Below, piece after piece: positions 40,001-48,802 of a stretch of 64,000 bases of DNA (positions are counted from its first letter, which is position 1; every line of letters starts with the position of its first letter). The DNA comes from an uncultured Candidatus Saccharibacteria bacterium (lineage in GTDB: Bacteria > Patescibacteriota > Minisyncoccia > Minisyncoccales > JAGMDC01). Both the position numbers and the translations under genes were made by a program. The stretch covers positions 53,286-117,285 of the forward strand of contig CAZTQA010000002.1 of NCBI GenBank assembly GCA_964615205.1, given 5' to 3'. The notes beneath the pieces are model-generated. The model was not told the origin of the DNA, ran no database searches, and saw only the letters and a program-made list of their open reading frames with translations.

Positions 40001-40774
40001 AAAAGTGATTCCTCCGCTACCGCCGCCGAGGTTGCCAGTGTCGAGAATAGTTGTTGTGCCAGCAGAACAGCCGGAACAAGTAATTGTGCCCGTTGAAGCA
40101 GTGGTTAAAGCACCGCCAGTGATATTCAGATTCTGGCTATTCAAAGCTAATTCTTGTGCATCAGCTACAGCTAAGGTATATGTTTTAACTCCAGTGGAAA
40201 GTTGAATCTTTGGCGTATCAGAACCTCCAGTAATGGAGACAATGCCAAGGTTTTGTTTAGTTCCATTATCATCTGCCCAGGTTTTGGTGCCGCTGACTGT
40301 CCAGGTCAAGGTAGCTGAATCACTCTTAGTCCAGACACTGGGTGAATTTAAATCTAAATTGCCTTTTAAGGTAATGGCTGGACTATAAGTATTCCAGTCA
40401 ATGGTTGGCGTATTGGTTTCATTACCAATAGTTAAGTTGCCATTAATGGTAATTGTTTGTGAACCAGTTGTAGCTAAATGATAAGTAGTATTAGCTGAAG
40501 GTTTTAATTCTAAATTATTAAAAGTGGTTTGCTGGATATCGCTTTCAGATGAGCCAGTGAATTTAACTGTATTACTATTAGCATTAAAGGTTCCTGAATT
40601 AATATACAAAGGTCTGGATGTACCTGTGCCAGAACCAGAAAGAGTCAGGGTTTCATTATCACCAGTATAAGTGCCAACTATTTCTAATTGGCCAGTGCTG
40701 ACATCAGCATCAGTGCCTGGTGCATAAGTATCTCCGGTATTAATGTATGTCTTGACTGTAGAAGCAGTGGACAA
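37052..40774 (-). CDS. Giant Thr/Ser/Gly/Asn-rich beta-solenoid-like surface protein (1240 aa) with no own signal peptide; probably the C-terminal continuation of the 40876..44028 gene; C-terminal motif '..DYSTTLIFICTAQY'
   Basis: TTG is the first in-frame start; the upstream reading frame stays open back to 40909 with the same composition; no N-terminal hydrophobic segment. Confidence 0.5.
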   Translation of the reverse strand: MSTASTVKTYINTGDTYAPGTDADVSTGQLEIVGTYTGDNETLTLSGSGTGTSRPLYINSGTFNANSNTVKFTGSSESDIQQTTFNNLELKPSANTTYHLATTGSQTITINGNLTIGNETNTPTIDWNTYSPAITLKGNLDLNSPSVWTKSDSATLTWTVSGTKTWADDNGTKQNLGIVSITGGSDTPKIQLSTGVKTYTLAVADAQELALNSQNLNITGGALTTASTGTITCSGCSAGTTTILDTGNLGGGSGGITFYNLSLGDNTETGTTTAASDFTVNNVLTIAGSTNNHIFDGSNKTITLTGSTTPFVKNGTFTYNNSTIKYTGTSATNITSTTYYNLEFSPTSGTPNYTILGNIVANNNVTIGDGTNAVTLKADTNNPVLAFGNSTLSATSTFLIKNAASFVGSTNSLTVYGDLTIESGGDYTKGSGTLIFDGGDDTYPRYFTDSNGTKENMGTVQIGNSPAVTKLKSDMTADSLTVASGDKFETHGWDLNIGTFVTVNGTLDCTESGGANEPGNGTIINLGTDWTVAGGATFTAQESETYPTTVVFDETTASALSPGGTDENHDFYDLQVAKSSANTVTLSGAIDVENDLTIANANSTLDVSGSYYAINVGGSWSNSGTFTSQEGTVTFDSANTGETIVTDGTAAGKTFYNIVFNNSGGGWTISTNELKATNNFTLTSLNSFDATDRTITVQGQFKNNVGGLSTTWTSSILVLDGSGSYCINDIKNIGGDVYGTINVSAGQYIRMWDSSASTYNISGSLYSMDHAANDGYLSIWGAYAVPDSATDYWSYAKDFDGAGVTRQCQVTIQENATVTVGSGENLEIKGGESALNDKTTVTYAPASGSWNFNNDTGSELIIQEAKVDYMKVNSGTVTALNTVLDSSSEPAAPAAGATLNSDWYVGAHLVDAGTLANIDTGDTDVVISENSGTPQPTVWKYSSGSWGSASTYQETGTDSNGKIPQPNNNGAIRIREYSRTSSGYTFYYYNLYVKWQTSYGEYDYYEWAGDNKYVISNYYSGGGHDNIIGDSGSYDWRREDIDANNTEPSIDDPPTYGTFYCGLRPGLDFEIVDSDTDDPPTLEIGTLESPNFTSTDWLDLKVTTSASHGYMVTSWASSAYTPNVFRHVDFPSTIYIDDFSGTYSSPLEWSGYCKDNSSYCGFGYTSNDPLVEGSDRYNSGSNYAKFPSTSPGNVISDYSQPVSQADTGGTYRMTVKSSVPTTQLAGDYSTTLIFICTAQY

Positions 40775-40875
40775 ATCTCCTGATGCAACTGTATAAAGTA
40801 CATCGGTATCTTCTCCTGAATCCCAAAGAGCTAATTTGGCATTTGTTACTGAAGTAGAAGTCTGGCTTTCTATCC

Positions 40876-43800
40876 TTAAAGTATCTTTGTATACATTAAT
40901 ACTAAAATACTAACATTTTCCCCATTAGACAAGGTCACTGAAACACCATCTTCTGTTTCTCCTTCCATATAAACTGAAATCAATTTGTTAGCAGCTGGCT
41001 CGGGAATATCAGCTACAGAAAAATAGCCAGTATCAGCATTGCAGGTGGTCGTGTAAGTTGTATCGTCTTCCACGCTGATTTTGACATTGGGAGTAGATCC
41101 ATCGCATTCATCCCACTTAGTAGGCGTGACGTCTTCATACATATAGCCGGAAATAGTGATGTTAGCTGGGCTATACTCGCCATCCAGTTCTATGGCTGTA
41201 ATGCGTATCATAAGATAATCAGGACCTTTGGATTTGCTGTAGCCCCAAGTAAAAAGAAGAACTGCTCCATCCCAAACTGTTTTATTATTGTTGCCCTGAA
41301 GAGTAAAAGGTTGAGTCGCCTTGGCGTAAGAGCTAGTACTAATATTAGTCCATTGGCAAATAGTGACTTGATTGGTCAAAGCAGCTCCTTCTTCTGATTC
41401 AAAGATTTGAGCGTAAAGAGTAACCTGATCATCGTCTCTAGCGCCAGCTGCTTTTACCACTACATCAATATTGAGCGAATCCATAGAAACAAAATCAGAA
41501 GGCATATTATCAAGGGTAAAGTATTGACTAGCATTAGTGGCATCATCATCATTTACCACATAGCTTGTGTCATTATCGTGGCTTTCAGCGTCATCATTGA
41601 CTGAATCCCAACAATCTTGATTAGCGGCAGCGCACTCATTGGATAAGCCTGTATTGAATGTATTCGTGTAACCATCTGAACTATCTGAATCAGGCCTTAT
41701 ATCAGACACAGGCATATCTGAAACAATCTGCCACTGCCTTGCTTCGGCAAAAATAAAACTTGTCTCTTGTTGCTTGTCACTAAATACAATACCGTCATTT
41801 GATCCAGTAGTAGTTTCTATAGATGTTATCGAAGTTGGACTTTGATAGCTGGTTTTGTTGGATCTAAATTCCAAAAGACCAAGAAAATATACATAAGGGC
41901 TAATATCTGGCGCATCAAATTGATAACTTAATTCATAAATCTGACCTGCTTGCCAATCAACATCCCAAGTAGTTGAACCAGTGATTTCAAAACAAGCTGG
42001 CACTTGTTCTATTATCTGGCCATTAAAATCCTGATTAGCTTTTACTTTTATGGTCATCTGATAATCAGCTGGCGGGTAAATTCTGGTTGGACCGATTCTT
42101 TCCACCTCAAAAGGAACTTTTTGCCAAACCTCAAAAGAATCTGTAATTTCATAACCATTATCAAGGTTGGTGAGTTTAATGTCGTAAATACCCAACTCCC
42201 CTGTTTGGTAATAAGAAAAGTAATCAGGTATATCAACAACATTATTGGGTCCGCAAAGACCTGATCTCTGCATTTCTGGATGACTAACACTTTTGTCAGG
42301 AGCAGTAATCTCCAATAACAAATTACTATCGCATATAGTATCGCCATTATCTGCTAAAGCAGCCATCTGCAGATAGGCCTGTTCTCCAGACACATATATT
42401 GATTTGTTGACATTAATAGCCAAAACTCCCCAGATAAAATCCTGTGTAAATTCTTTAACATCTCCGTCTTCTTCAATTTTTAAAATAATCTTGTAAAGGC
42501 CGGGCTTAAGATTCAGAGGTTTTTTAATTTTTACAGAAAAATCACCATTGTCTTTTTTAGAAACTTCTGTTTCAATTTCAGAATTTAGTTCATTGTAGAA
42601 ATTCTTGATTTCTATTGTCAGATTGACATCCTCCCAAAAATCATAGGCGCCGATTAGTTCTTCAATAGAATCAACAAAAGAAAACAAAATGTTTTTTTCT
42701 TTTTTATTATAGCGGAAATCAAATTCCGGCTCTTCTCTAGCTTGAAAATTCCTTTTAGAAGAAAGTTTGTTGATTTTAGGTTCCTCTTCTTTTTTCTCGT
42801 CATAAATTAGTTCTAGCCAAACAGCATCAAGATAAACCATTAGTCTTTCTGATGAATTGTTATTAGTTAAATAGCTGACTCTTATCTTTAAATTGTTAAT
42901 CTCCTGCCAATCAAAATCAGCTGGTAGACTAAAAGAGAAAAAGCCGAAATTTAAAGCATTGGAATATTCCTGGTTTTGATTAAAGGTAACCAGATTATTC
43001 CAGGACTGGTTATCTAAAGACCACTCCAATAATACCTGGTCATTTTCTAATTCTCTACCCTGGCTGGCAAAAGAAAAATTAACATTCATTTTTTGGATTT
43101 CTTTTGCTTCATCAAAAGCATCTTCCTTAGGTAGAGAAAAACTGGAAACAATCAAGCTTGCCTGTTCCGTAAAGATAACTACTTCTTCTTGTCCTTTGTC
43201 GCTTGTCTCTTGCTGGCTTGTTTCTTGCTGCCCCGGCATTTCTCCATCAACTGTTGGAAGAATGACTTCTACTCCCTCTTGAGGAGAAGAAATCGTTTCT
43301 TCTGAATCAACCATTTCTTTTACGCCTTCTAAGAATATAGTTGTAGTATTTACTGAAGATATACCCTTTTCACTAAAAATAGAACTATTTAACGTATCGG
43401 GTAGATTTAAAGTATCGGATAGTTTAATAAAAGCTGAATTCTGGCTATTAAAACTATTTAAATCGCTATTATTGCTTAAATCCAAAATTAAAACATTGTG
43501 TGGGTTCTGCCATTCTGTTCCTCCATTTGATTGAAGCGACCAAACAGTAGGAAAAACCTCTATTTTTTGCTCTTTTTTAGGAAAAGCGTAGATAACTAAA
43601 GCTGAAATACCGATAATCAAAAACACTAAAACGCTTGGCAAGGCATAATGAAGACCCTCTGAAAAGTTGTGCTTAAAAGCGGGAAGGAAACGAGATAGTT
43701 TTTTACTCCAAAAAAACTTCTTAATCTTTAAATTTTTACCTATTTTCTTTTCTTTTTTCTTCTTAATCTTGTAATTAAGAACTGTTTCAGGATTAATCAC

Positions 43801-44028
43801 CCAGGTTTTGCCTAAAGAAATTGATTTACCTTTTATTTTCTTGGTCCTTATCAAATATCCAATGTAATCAGAACTATAACCGGATAATTTAGCCGCTTCT
43901 TTAAGAGAAATATATTCGTCCTTCTTTCTTTTTATATCTTTTTTTCTTTTCATTTTATCGCGAGGGTCGAGATTTCTACAATTTTTCAACCATTCTCTTA
44001 TTTTAACAAATAAAAAAGAGCTGGACAA
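40876..44028 (-). CDS. Membrane protein with cytoplasmic excisionase/MerR-type HTH, one TM helix and a 900-aa extracellular domain; likely the N-terminal part of a roughly 2300-aa surface protein interrupted by a frameshift
   Basis: 'ISLKEAAKLSGYSSDYIGYLIRTKKIKGKSISLGKTWVI' matches the HTH_17 pattern; TM 'VLVFLIIGISALVIYAF'; the C-terminus runs in the +1 frame into the 1240-aa giant at a TAGTATT-TAGTATT duplication (about 40880-40905). Confidence 0.5.
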   Translation of the reverse strand: MSSSFLFVKIREWLKNCRNLDPRDKMKRKKDIKRKKDEYISLKEAAKLSGYSSDYIGYLIRTKKIKGKSISLGKTWVINPETVLNYKIKKKKEKKIGKNLKIKKFFWSKKLSRFLPAFKHNFSEGLHYALPSVLVFLIIGISALVIYAFPKKEQKIEVFPTVWSLQSNGGTEWQNPHNVLILDLSNNSDLNSFNSQNSAFIKLSDTLNLPDTLNSSIFSEKGISSVNTTTIFLEGVKEMVDSEETISSPQEGVEVILPTVDGEMPGQQETSQQETSDKGQEEVVIFTEQASLIVSSFSLPKEDAFDEAKEIQKMNVNFSFASQGRELENDQVLLEWSLDNQSWNNLVTFNQNQEYSNALNFGFFSFSLPADFDWQEINNLKIRVSYLTNNNSSERLMVYLDAVWLELIYDEKKEEEPKINKLSSKRNFQAREEPEFDFRYNKKEKNILFSFVDSIEELIGAYDFWEDVNLTIEIKNFYNELNSEIETEVSKKDNGDFSVKIKKPLNLKPGLYKIILKIEEDGDVKEFTQDFIWGVLAINVNKSIYVSGEQAYLQMAALADNGDTICDSNLLLEITAPDKSVSHPEMQRSGLCGPNNVVDIPDYFSYYQTGELGIYDIKLTNLDNGYEITDSFEVWQKVPFEVERIGPTRIYPPADYQMTIKVKANQDFNGQIIEQVPACFEITGSTTWDVDWQAGQIYELSYQFDAPDISPYVYFLGLLEFRSNKTSYQSPTSITSIETTTGSNDGIVFSDKQQETSFIFAEARQWQIVSDMPVSDIRPDSDSSDGYTNTFNTGLSNECAAANQDCWDSVNDDAESHDNDTSYVVNDDDATNASQYFTLDNMPSDFVSMDSLNIDVVVKAAGARDDDQVTLYAQIFESEEGAALTNQVTICQWTNISTSSYAKATQPFTLQGNNNKTVWDGAVLLFTWGYSKSKGPDYLMIRITAIELDGEYSPANITISGYMYEDVTPTKWDECDGSTPNVKISVEDDTTYTTTCNADTGYFSVADIPEPAANKLISVYMEGETEDGVSVTLSNGENVSILVLMYTKIL

Positions 44029-44064
44029 CAGCTCTGCTGTGGATAATTTTATCTAAAAAAATAC

Positions 44065-45267
44065 TCATTCAAGATAGTGGTTGTAATCATCAACTATGGT
44101 TAACTTAATACCCAATTCTTTTAATTTCTGTTGGGCATTAGATCCGATTTTTTTTACTATAATCTCGTCCGGATCAATGGATTTAACAAACCTCATTCCA
44201 AATCCGCGTCCTTTCTCAAAGTAAGGATTTTCAACCGTCTGTTTTTCTAAAATTTCATTATCTTCTTTATCAATAATTAAATATTCAGAAGAGCCAAAAT
44301 CATCACAAGGTTTTCCATCTTTAAAAGGAATGACAATTCTGTAACCTTTTTTCTCTAAACCTAAAGAAACAAATTTTTTATGAAAAGATTTTCCCCCACC
44401 CCATTTAGATCTAATAAATCCTTGCTTAACTTTATGGGATTCAATTTGAATCAATAAATATTCCAGATTTTTAATGTTTTTGATTAACTCCTCCTGCATC
44501 TTTTTTGAAATGACTTCTGCTTCTTCTACCCTTAAGCGAGCTTCTAATTTAATAGTTGCTTCAGCTAAAGTGGCTGAACCAATTTTCTGACTTTTCAAAG
44601 AAACCAGTTCGATGTTTTTCTCCTGGCAGTAATTTCTGATAGCTTGTTCTGTTTTTTCATCTCTTACTCCCAAAAGATTATCCACCACTTCCCTGCCCAA
44701 ACCAAAACTTTCTTTAAGAATATATAAGCCGATAGCTACGGCCATAATTCCATCGGCATAAATAAAATAAGGGGTTAAAATTAGGCCGGCTAAAACCCCT
44801 AAAGAAGAAAAAACATCTGCCCGTGAGTGCTGGGCATCAGCAATTAAAGCTAAGCTTTCTTCCTGGCGGCCGTACTTAAACTTTAATCTTGCCATGGATT
44901 CAACTAAGATTATGGAAATTATAACCACCACAAAACCAATCAGACTTAACTGAACTGTTTCTTTGTCCAAAATACTTTTAAGGCCGTTAAAAACAATCAA
45001 AATGGCAGAAAAAACCAGAAGAAAAACAACCATTAAACCGCTGACAGTTTCAGCTGCATAATAACCATAAGGATGTTTTTCATCAACCGGCTTCTTGGAT
45101 ACTTTGATGCCGATATAAACGCCTAAAGAAGAAATGAAATCAGTTATGGAATGAATGCCGTCAGCTAAAAGAGCAGAGCTGTTAATCAGCAAGCCAATCA
45201 GGGCTTTGGCTAAACCAATGACTGCATTAACTAAAACTGATAAAATTGAAACTGATTCTTTATTCAT
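44065..45267 (-). CDS. Cation-diffusion-facilitator (CDF) transporter fused to a C-terminal NifX/NifB-like (dinitrogenase FeMo-cofactor-binding family) domain
   Basis: 6 TM helices with 'HSITDFISSLGV' and 'HSRADVFSSLGV' CDF motifs; C-terminal 'IVIPFKDGKP...GMRFVKSIDPDEIIVKKIGSNAQQKLKELGIKL'. Confidence 0.6.
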   Translation of the reverse strand: MNKESVSILSVLVNAVIGLAKALIGLLINSSALLADGIHSITDFISSLGVYIGIKVSKKPVDEKHPYGYYAAETVSGLMVVFLLVFSAILIVFNGLKSILDKETVQLSLIGFVVVIISIILVESMARLKFKYGRQEESLALIADAQHSRADVFSSLGVLAGLILTPYFIYADGIMAVAIGLYILKESFGLGREVVDNLLGVRDEKTEQAIRNYCQEKNIELVSLKSQKIGSATLAEATIKLEARLRVEEAEVISKKMQEELIKNIKNLEYLLIQIESHKVKQGFIRSKWGGGKSFHKKFVSLGLEKKGYRIVIPFKDGKPCDDFGSSEYLIIDKEDNEILEKQTVENPYFEKGRGFGMRFVKSIDPDEIIVKKIGSNAQQKLKELGIKLTIVDDYNHYLE

Positions 45268-45270
45268 AAG

Positions 45271-45831
45271 CTACTTTTTGATTAAATTTAAAAGATTATC
45301 AAAAATTTCAGCGCCAGAGGTTTTTTTAATAGACATTTCGGGATGAAACTGGAAAGCATAAATCATTTTTTTCCTGTGTTTAATTATTTCAAATCCGTCT
45401 TTTGACTCTGCCAAGCCAATAAAATCTTTGGGCAGTTTTTTAAGAGCCCAACAATGGGATTCATAAACTTTGAAATCTGAAGAATTTAATATTTCGTCTT
45501 TTTTTATAACCTTAATTTTAACTATGCCTGTTCTCTTTTTTGATAGTTTTACTGACCTTCCCCCAAAAGCATAAGCAATTAATTTAAGACCGAAACAAAT
45601 CCCCAGAACAGGTTTCTTGGTTTTTCTGACTAATTCAACTTCTTTAGAAAGCTGTTTTCTGAATTTATTTTTTGAATCTGATTTCCTGCCGGAAAGAATA
45701 ATCAAATCAAACTTATCTGCTTCAGATAGGCCAATCTGTAAAGGGTTAATAATGGTAACGCTTTTAGGGACAAGCATTCTTTTTAAATTCCTGAAATGCT
45801 TTGTACCGTTGTTGATGACGAGGATATTCAC
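45271..45831 (-). CDS. Stand-alone class-I glutamine amidotransferase
   Basis: 'PVLGICFGLKLIA' (nucleophile Cys) and 'FQFHPE' (His/Glu) triad motifs. Confidence 0.6.
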   Translation of the reverse strand: MNILVINNGTKHFRNLKRMLVPKSVTIINPLQIGLSEADKFDLIILSGRKSDSKNKFRKQLSKEVELVRKTKKPVLGICFGLKLIAYAFGGRSVKLSKKRTGIVKIKVIKKDEILNSSDFKVYESHCWALKKLPKDFIGLAESKDGFEIIKHRKKMIYAFQFHPEMSIKKTSGAEIFDNLLNLIKK

Positions 45832-45832
45832 A

Positions 45833-46618
45833 TTAATTAATCTCGTAAGTGATACTCACCGCAACGGTTATTTTGTTTTCCCCGGTTTCTATCTGGGGCG
45901 AAGGAGCTTCATCAACCATTCCTATTCCAGCTGCCTTCTCCAAACCATAATAATAAGGAGAAGAACTGCTTTCATTGAAATTAACAATTCTTACCAAATC
46001 AACATCCAATTCTTCAGCCAATCCTTTAGCTTTGTTCTTGGCTTTTTCAATGGCCTGGCTTCGGGCTTGTCTCTTTAATTCTTCCTCATCATCTATGGTA
46101 AACTGTAAATCACCCACTTGATTAGAACCAGCTTGGGTAGCTTCTTGGATAATATCCCCTATCTTGCCCATATTCCTGATTTTAACTTCCAGATTCTGAC
46201 GAACTTCGTAACCGACCAGGACCCTTTCCCCTTCATAATAATCCCCGTTTCTCCATTCATAACGGGGATAAAGATTAAAGCTGGTGGTTTTTAAATCTTT
46301 GTCTTCCACGCCTTCATTTTTAACTGATGCAATAACCGCATTCATTTCTTGCGTATTCTGGTTTATGGCTTCAGCCACTGTTTCAGCTTCATTGACAACG
46401 CTAAAATCAACTACTGCCAAATCCGGCTTAGCGTAAACTTCTCCGCTGTCAGAAACTGTAATTGTATTCTTGCTTTCAATTTCCTGGCCGATATACTTGC
46501 TTTGCTTAATCTGATTCTGAATAATAACTACAGTTAAGAAAAACAAAGCTACGAGAAGAATGACCACAACCCAAACAAGCAAAGGAAATAATTTTTCGTT
46601 TTTTGATTTTAAATTCAT
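45833..46618 (-). CDS. SIMPL/BP26-family (DUF541) membrane-anchored protein
   Basis: N-terminal TM helix; sequence pattern consistent with the periplasmic-immunogenic-protein family. Confidence 0.4.
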   Translation of the reverse strand: MNLKSKNEKLFPLLVWVVVILLVALFFLTVVIIQNQIKQSKYIGQEIESKNTITVSDSGEVYAKPDLAVVDFSVVNEAETVAEAINQNTQEMNAVIASVKNEGVEDKDLKTTSFNLYPRYEWRNGDYYEGERVLVGYEVRQNLEVKIRNMGKIGDIIQEATQAGSNQVGDLQFTIDDEEELKRQARSQAIEKAKNKAKGLAEELDVDLVRIVNFNESSSSPYYYGLEKAAGIGMVDEAPSPQIETGENKITVAVSITYEIN

Positions 46619-46658
46619 ATTTTTGTTTTAAAATTCTAATACGACCTTTCTTTTTTCA

Positions 46659-47633
46659 TTAAACTCTTTTCATATACTTTTTATTCAAAGAATAACCCAA
46701 ATATCCTATGAACATTATGCTGAATCCGGCAATAATCAGGGAAATAGGCCATCCTAAATTATCACTGAAAAAATCTACTGTTATTCTGTCTATTTCTGCA
46801 AAAGTAAAGATTATAGAAAAAATTAGAAGAATCCTGTTTTTCCGAACAATGCTTATTAAGAACGAAATAAATAAAAGAACAGGAAAAGCAAAAAGCCAAA
46901 GACTGCTATCAAAACTTAAGGCAAAAGTTGAACTAAGTAAAAAAACAGCTCCCAAAAGATGAAAAATGTTAACCAGGTTCTTTCGATAACTTTTAAAACG
47001 TTCGGCTAAGGCAAAATAACCCAATCCCAATATAACTAAAGAATATAGGATTACATCCAAGCTTAGCTCCCCTGCTAATAAAGTTACAGAGCTTAAGAAA
47101 AGACCTGATATAGATACAACAGAAAAAAGAAGAAAAATATTATTTCTAAGAAGCAAAAAAGAAATATCGTAAATTATGAAAAGGATAAAAAAATATAAAG
47201 AAATGTATCTGTATTCTAATAAAGGAAAGCTAACTAAGTCAAAAAAAGTTATTAATCCTAAGGGCAGGAGAAAATTAGAAAGAATAAAGGACACATTGCT
47301 GAATACCCTTAGCTTGGAAGAAGCATAATACAAATAATAACCAATAGTATAAAAAGTAAGAGTTAAAGCTAAAGTAAAAATCACCCTGATGGGCTCATTC
47401 TGGCCCATCCAAAATTGAGAAATAAATATAGTGAAACCTAAAATAATAATTAATGCCCCTAAGAAATAAAATATTTTTTGGAAGCTAAAATCAGACTCTT
47501 TGCTGGCTTTCTTATCTTTTTCGGGAAATAAAACTAAAACCTGTTCTCTGGTAATTATCCCTTGATCTGCCAGTTCTTTGATTCGTTTTAATATCTTGTT
47601 GTCGCCTGATTGTGATGTTTCTATATTATCCAT
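46659..47633 (-). CDS. Polytopic membrane protein, hypothetical
   Basis: soluble N-terminus followed by about 8 TM helices. Confidence 0.35.
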   Translation of the reverse strand: MDNIETSQSGDNKILKRIKELADQGIITREQVLVLFPEKDKKASKESDFSFQKIFYFLGALIIILGFTIFISQFWMGQNEPIRVIFTLALTLTFYTIGYYLYYASSKLRVFSNVSFILSNFLLPLGLITFFDLVSFPLLEYRYISLYFFILFIIYDISFLLLRNNIFLLFSVVSISGLFLSSVTLLAGELSLDVILYSLVILGLGYFALAERFKSYRKNLVNIFHLLGAVFLLSSTFALSFDSSLWLFAFPVLLFISFLISIVRKNRILLIFSIIFTFAEIDRITVDFFSDNLGWPISLIIAGFSIMFIGYLGYSLNKKYMKRV

Positions 47634-47698
47634 TTTGTTTTCTTTATTTTTAATATATTTATATATTTTACAAAAAAACGAGTAATAATGTCAAACAA

Positions 47699-48766
47699 TT
47701 AAGCGCTGCTTTTAATGGTAATGACATCGCCGTCCTGAACAATATATTCTTTTCCCTCAGTACGAATAAGGCCTTTTTCCCTGGCTTGGCTGAAACCGCC
47801 TGCATCAACCAGCTCCTGCCATTTGATGACTTCTGCTTTAATAAAATATTTTTCAAAATCACTATGGATAATTCCTCCTGCCCGGGGCGCTTTCTCTCCT
47901 CCCTTTAATGTCCAAGCCCGTGTCTCATCACTGCCGGTGGTAAAGAAAGTTATTAAATCCAGAAGCTTATAGCATTCTTTTATCAAACTGTTTAATTTCA
48001 ATTCTACGGGTATGCCAAAAGTTTTTCTTTCTTCCAAGGAAAGATCGACTCCGTCAAATTCTGTTAAAACATCCATAATGAGAGACTGCCAGTTGTTTTT
48101 CTTAAAAATATCTTTTACTTCTTGAGAAACATCTTTTTCAGAACCGTTGAGTAAAAACAACCTTGGTTTTAGAGTTAACAACTGATAATTATTCAAAATT
48201 CTATTTTCTTCTTCACTCCATTCCTGCTCACTTAGAATCTTTTCCTGCTTTAAAAATTCCTGGGCTTTTTTTAATACCTCCTGTTCTATCTTGGCTTCTT
48301 TTTTTCCAGCTTTTATGTCCCTATCTAAATCCGGGATTCTCTTTTCCACTGTTTCAAGGTCTTTTAAAGCCATTTCTATATCCAGAACTTCTTTGTCTTT
48401 AAGAATATCTATTTCTGACTGGGTATTAATAATATCCTTGTTCTGAAAACAACGAAGAATATAGACGATAGCATCTGTTTCACGAATACTGGCTAAAAAC
48501 TTATTTCCCAGCCCCTCCCCTTTGTTAGCACCCTTTATTAATCCGGCAATATCCACAAATTCAATGGTGGTATAAATCTTTTTAGCTGATTGCGTCAATT
48601 GGGCTAATTTATCCACTCTTTCATCAGGCACTGCCACTACTCCTACATTAGGATCAATGGTGCAAAAAGGATAGTTGGAACGTTTGACTTGTTTTTTAGT
48701 TATGGCTTGGAATAATGTTGATTTTCCCACATTAGGTAAACCAACAATACCTATGGATAAAGACAT
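47699..48766 (-). CDS. ychF: Ribosome-binding Obg-like ATPase YchF
   Basis: 'GIVGLPNVGKSTLFQA' P-loop; coiled-coil insertion; C-terminal TGS domain. Confidence 0.85.
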   Translation of the reverse strand: MSLSIGIVGLPNVGKSTLFQAITKKQVKRSNYPFCTIDPNVGVVAVPDERVDKLAQLTQSAKKIYTTIEFVDIAGLIKGANKGEGLGNKFLASIRETDAIVYILRCFQNKDIINTQSEIDILKDKEVLDIEMALKDLETVEKRIPDLDRDIKAGKKEAKIEQEVLKKAQEFLKQEKILSEQEWSEEENRILNNYQLLTLKPRLFLLNGSEKDVSQEVKDIFKKNNWQSLIMDVLTEFDGVDLSLEERKTFGIPVELKLNSLIKECYKLLDLITFFTTGSDETRAWTLKGGEKAPRAGGIIHSDFEKYFIKAEVIKWQELVDAGGFSQAREKGLIRTEGKEYIVQDGDVITIKSSA

Positions 48767-48802
48767 AGGTTAATTTAAATTAAAGGGTAACAAATTTTAC
48801 TA

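Noticed and set aside
7783-44048. The DnaA boxes as a replication origin
   Set aside because: The boxes are scattered singly over 36 kb. There is no dnaA or dnaN nearby, no cluster of boxes and no AT-rich unwinding element.
47668-47862. 64-aa ORF overlapping the 3' end of ychF in another frame
   Set aside because: It is fully nested in the ychF region and the C-terminal TGS domain of YchF is intact in the main frame. It is an overlapping spurious ORF.
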